The translations under genes were made by a program, and so were the position numbers. Shown here in pieces: positions 61,902-64,000 of a stretch of 64,000 bases of DNA. A model generated the notes under the pieces. The model saw only the letters and a program-made list of their open reading frames with translations, had not been told where the DNA came from and did not search any database. The stretch is from IMG/VR virus record IMGVR_UViG_3300020576_006124, positions 1 to 64,000 of that record; one strand, 5' to 3'. Position 1 is the stretch's first letter. Each line of letters starts with the position of its first letter. This DNA comes from a virus. Its lineage: Duplodnaviria; Caudoviricetes.

Positions 61902-62116
61902 TACGTTATTTCTTCTGATTATACTTTTAATCCCATGGTCTCTTCTATTCTATTACTATTTTAAATATATACATTTATTCTATGAGAATAAAAAGATTTC
62001 ACTAAAGTATGAGCATCTTTCTCAAGATTTCCAAAATCTCCTTTCTCTTTTAAGTAAGTATTCCAGAGAAAGGGATAGTAACGGAAGATTCAAGAAAAAA
62101 CTCTAGTTATTTTTAA

Positions 62117-62195
62117 CTGCGTATAGAGGAGCTTGGTTTATCTCGCCTTCTTTGGGAGAAGGAGCACGTCAGTTCGAATCTGACTACGCAGACCA
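62117..62195 (+). tRNA. tRNA-Pro (TGG)
   Basis: CTGCGTA/TACGCAG acceptor, CCTTC-TTTGGGA-GAAGG, GTCAG-TTCGAAT-CTGAC, ACCA end. Confidence 0.93.
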
Positions 62196-62219
62196 GTTTT
62201 AACTCCTACTTGGGGTTAT

Positions 62220-62906
62220 TTGAAAGGAAAAGTAAAACGTATAATGCCAGAGATAGAAGTTTGTGTAGTATCAGACATTCATGGGTATATCCCCTCAAAT
62301 GTTCCTGATTGTGATTTATTTATAGTTGCAGGGGACTTAACACATGAAGGAAGAAACGGAGTTAAAGGGGCCTCTTGGATTAATAAAAAGTTTGTACCTT
62401 TCGCTGAAGATCTTAAACGGAGAGGAATACAAGTTTTAGTTATTGCAGGAAACCACGACTATTGTTTCCAAACCCATTGGCACCTATTACAACCTAATGT
62501 CCCCTGGAAATATCTAGAAAATACTGCTTTCCATTTTAAAGGGCTGAAGATTTGGGGAAGTCCTTGGACCCCTTTCTTTTTTAACTGGGCTTTCAATACT
62601 ACTGAATCTGATCTTAAAAGAATGTACTCTGCTATTCCTAAAGATACAGATATATTAATAACACACGGCCCCCCAAAAGGAATTTTAGATCTTTCCCCTT
62701 ATGGAATGGTAAATGCTGGATCTACGTCTTTAAAAGATATTATTCCAACCTTAACGAATCTTAAGTTACATATTTTTGGTCATATTCACCATTCGAGAGG
62801 GGAACTAAGAACAGATTCTGGTCTGATTCATGTTAATGCATCATATGTAAAAGAGGATTATAAGCCTCATGGTTCTCCTTTACAAATCTTCAAATTAAGT
62901 GTTTAA
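62220..62906 (+). CDS. metallophosphoesterase
   Basis: SDIHG, AGDLT, AGNHD, THGPP, FGHIH, NAS. Confidence 0.92.
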   Translation: MKGKVKRIMPEIEVCVVSDIHGYIPSNVPDCDLFIVAGDLTHEGRNGVKGASWINKKFVPFAEDLKRRGIQVLVIAGNHDYCFQTHWHLLQPNVPWKYLENTAFHFKGLKIWGSPWTPFFFNWAFNTTESDLKRMYSAIPKDTDILITHGPPKGILDLSPYGMVNAGSTSLKDIIPTLTNLKLHIFGHIHHSRGELRTDSGLIHVNASYVKEDYKPHGSPLQIFKLSV

Positions 62907-63318
62907 AATTATGTATTCTCTCCATCCTCTAAGCTTAGTTCTTCCTTACTACCTAAGACCCTCTTATTTTAATGGGTGTCTTACTATTTTCTCTCCTGAG
63001 ACACTAAAGTACTATACTATAGATTTAAAGAAATCATTTCAACACAACTCTACTCCAATAATTTGCATATTAGAACACCTTAAGCTGGAGTTATCTTCTT
63101 ATTCTACCAAACTTTCCTCTAACAAATTATTTCACCCTTCTCATTCTTCATACTGGGAATACTGTGAATGTAGAGAAGTTATTAATAGTTTAAGTATATT
63201 AAACGCCTCACAGGAGGATATACTTTCTTCTTTTGAGGTAGCCTTTAGATTTCTAAAATTAAATAACAACCTTAAACAAGAAAAACCAAAGCCTTTATTA
63301 TTCTCAGGAAGGGATTAA
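62899..63318 (+). CDS. hypothetical protein
   Basis: 139-aa ORF. Confidence 0.45.
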   Translation: MFKIMYSLHPLSLVLPYYLRPSYFNGCLTIFSPETLKYYTIDLKKSFQHNSTPIICILEHLKLELSSYSTKLSSNKLFHPSHSSYWEYCECREVINSLSILNASQEDILSSFEVAFRFLKLNNNLKQEKPKPLLFSGRD

Positions 63319-63324
63319 TAGAAA

Positions 63325-64000
63325 ATGGATCTAAAAAAAATTAAAGGAAAAGTCTTAGTACTCGAAAACGATGATATTTTACTGTTTGTTTCGGTTACTA
63401 AGCAGGGTATTAAAACTACCCGCACAACTTCTGAGGGAGAAGAAACCACTTTCTTCTTAGACGAGAATGGAATTCTTGAGTTTATGACTCAGGAAGAACT
63501 AGAAGATCTTTGTACTCCTAAGAAAAAAGAAAAACCTTTACCTTTTAATAATCCAATTCTTTTAAGGATTTATCCCCATCTAAAAAAAAGTGAGAATCTT
63601 CTAGAGTTATTAGGGGTAGATTCTGAGGAAGGACTACCTACAACTGAGGAAGAGTTTCTAAACTGGTATTGGCATACCAGACTATCTAATTGCAAAAGAT
63701 GTTCTCTTTGTGAGTCTAGAACTAACGTTGTAAAATATGATGGCAAAGTTTCAGCTAAGATTATGGTAGTAGCAGAGGGGCCTGGATTTCTAGAGGATCT
63801 TACAGTTCTTCCTATGGTAGGCTACAATCAACTACTGGTTAGCAGATGCAATACGTGTGAGGAAGTTAAGAGGTGTTTCTCTCATAGACTATTAAAGTCC
63901 CCCACCTCTTGGGGTGGAAGGTCTAAAATAGTAGAGTGTAAGTATAAGAAGAGTAATACCCCCTTATTACAACCTAAGAAATTCTTTATTAGATCTGCTG
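63325..64000 (+). CDS. family-4 uracil-DNA glycosylase-like protein (partial, runs off the window)
   Basis: Hand translation: CKRCSLCESRTNVV..DG...AKIMVVAEGPG..ED....PMVG. Confidence 0.82.
   Translation, partial: MDLKKIKGKVLVLENDDILLFVSVTKQGIKTTRTTSEGEETTFFLDENGILEFMTQEELEDLCTPKKKEKPLPFNNPILLRIYPHLKKSENLLELLGVDSEEGLPTTEEEFLNWYWHTRLSNCKRCSLCESRTNVVKYDGKVSAKIMVVAEGPGFLEDLTVLPMVGYNQLLVSRCNTCEEVKRCFSHRLLKSPTSWGGRSKIVECKYKKSNTPLLQPKKFFIRSA

Noticed and set aside
1-64000. CRISPR array, diversity-generating retroelement, integrase or transposase
   Set aside because: No regularly spaced repeats, reverse transcriptase or recombinase motifs seen.

Overview
AT-rich, densely packed and almost entirely plus-strand 64-kb segment of a large (jumbo/huge) bacteriophage genome. 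It is read with the standard code, and no virion structural genes are recognisable in it. It carries many short hypothetical ORFs and tRNA-Ser(TGA) and tRNA-Pro(TGG). There is also a D-armless tRNA-like gene and an orphan tRNA 3' half that flank an HNH gene. Metabolic and counter-defence genes include a catalytic-core-only alanyl-tRNA synthetase, an NAD-reconstitution pair (NAMPT-like + PRS-like), NADAR, macrodomain-like and HD enzymes, a sigma factor, ThyX and a GMP reductase/IMPDH. The replication block has a DnaB-like helicase, primase and resolvase, next to a MoxR-AAA/VWA pair. A GC-rich island carries an Rnl2-type RNA ligase. Three things stand out. (1) A candidate phage ubiquitin-like conjugation locus at 30.5-35.5 kb: an E1/ThiF enzyme, a Ubl-like protein ending ...TWG-F, and five diverged paralogues sharing one Cys-Glu motif. 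(2) A roughly 735-nt end-paired, GOLLD-like structured RNA, preceded by a double-cloverleaf RNA and followed directly by a tandem array of seven small 'MYxL..DP' proteins (22.8-26.5 kb). (3) An apparently minimal, split two-barrel RNA polymerase at 42-44.8 kb. All calls come from reading motifs and base-pairing by eye; no searches were run.
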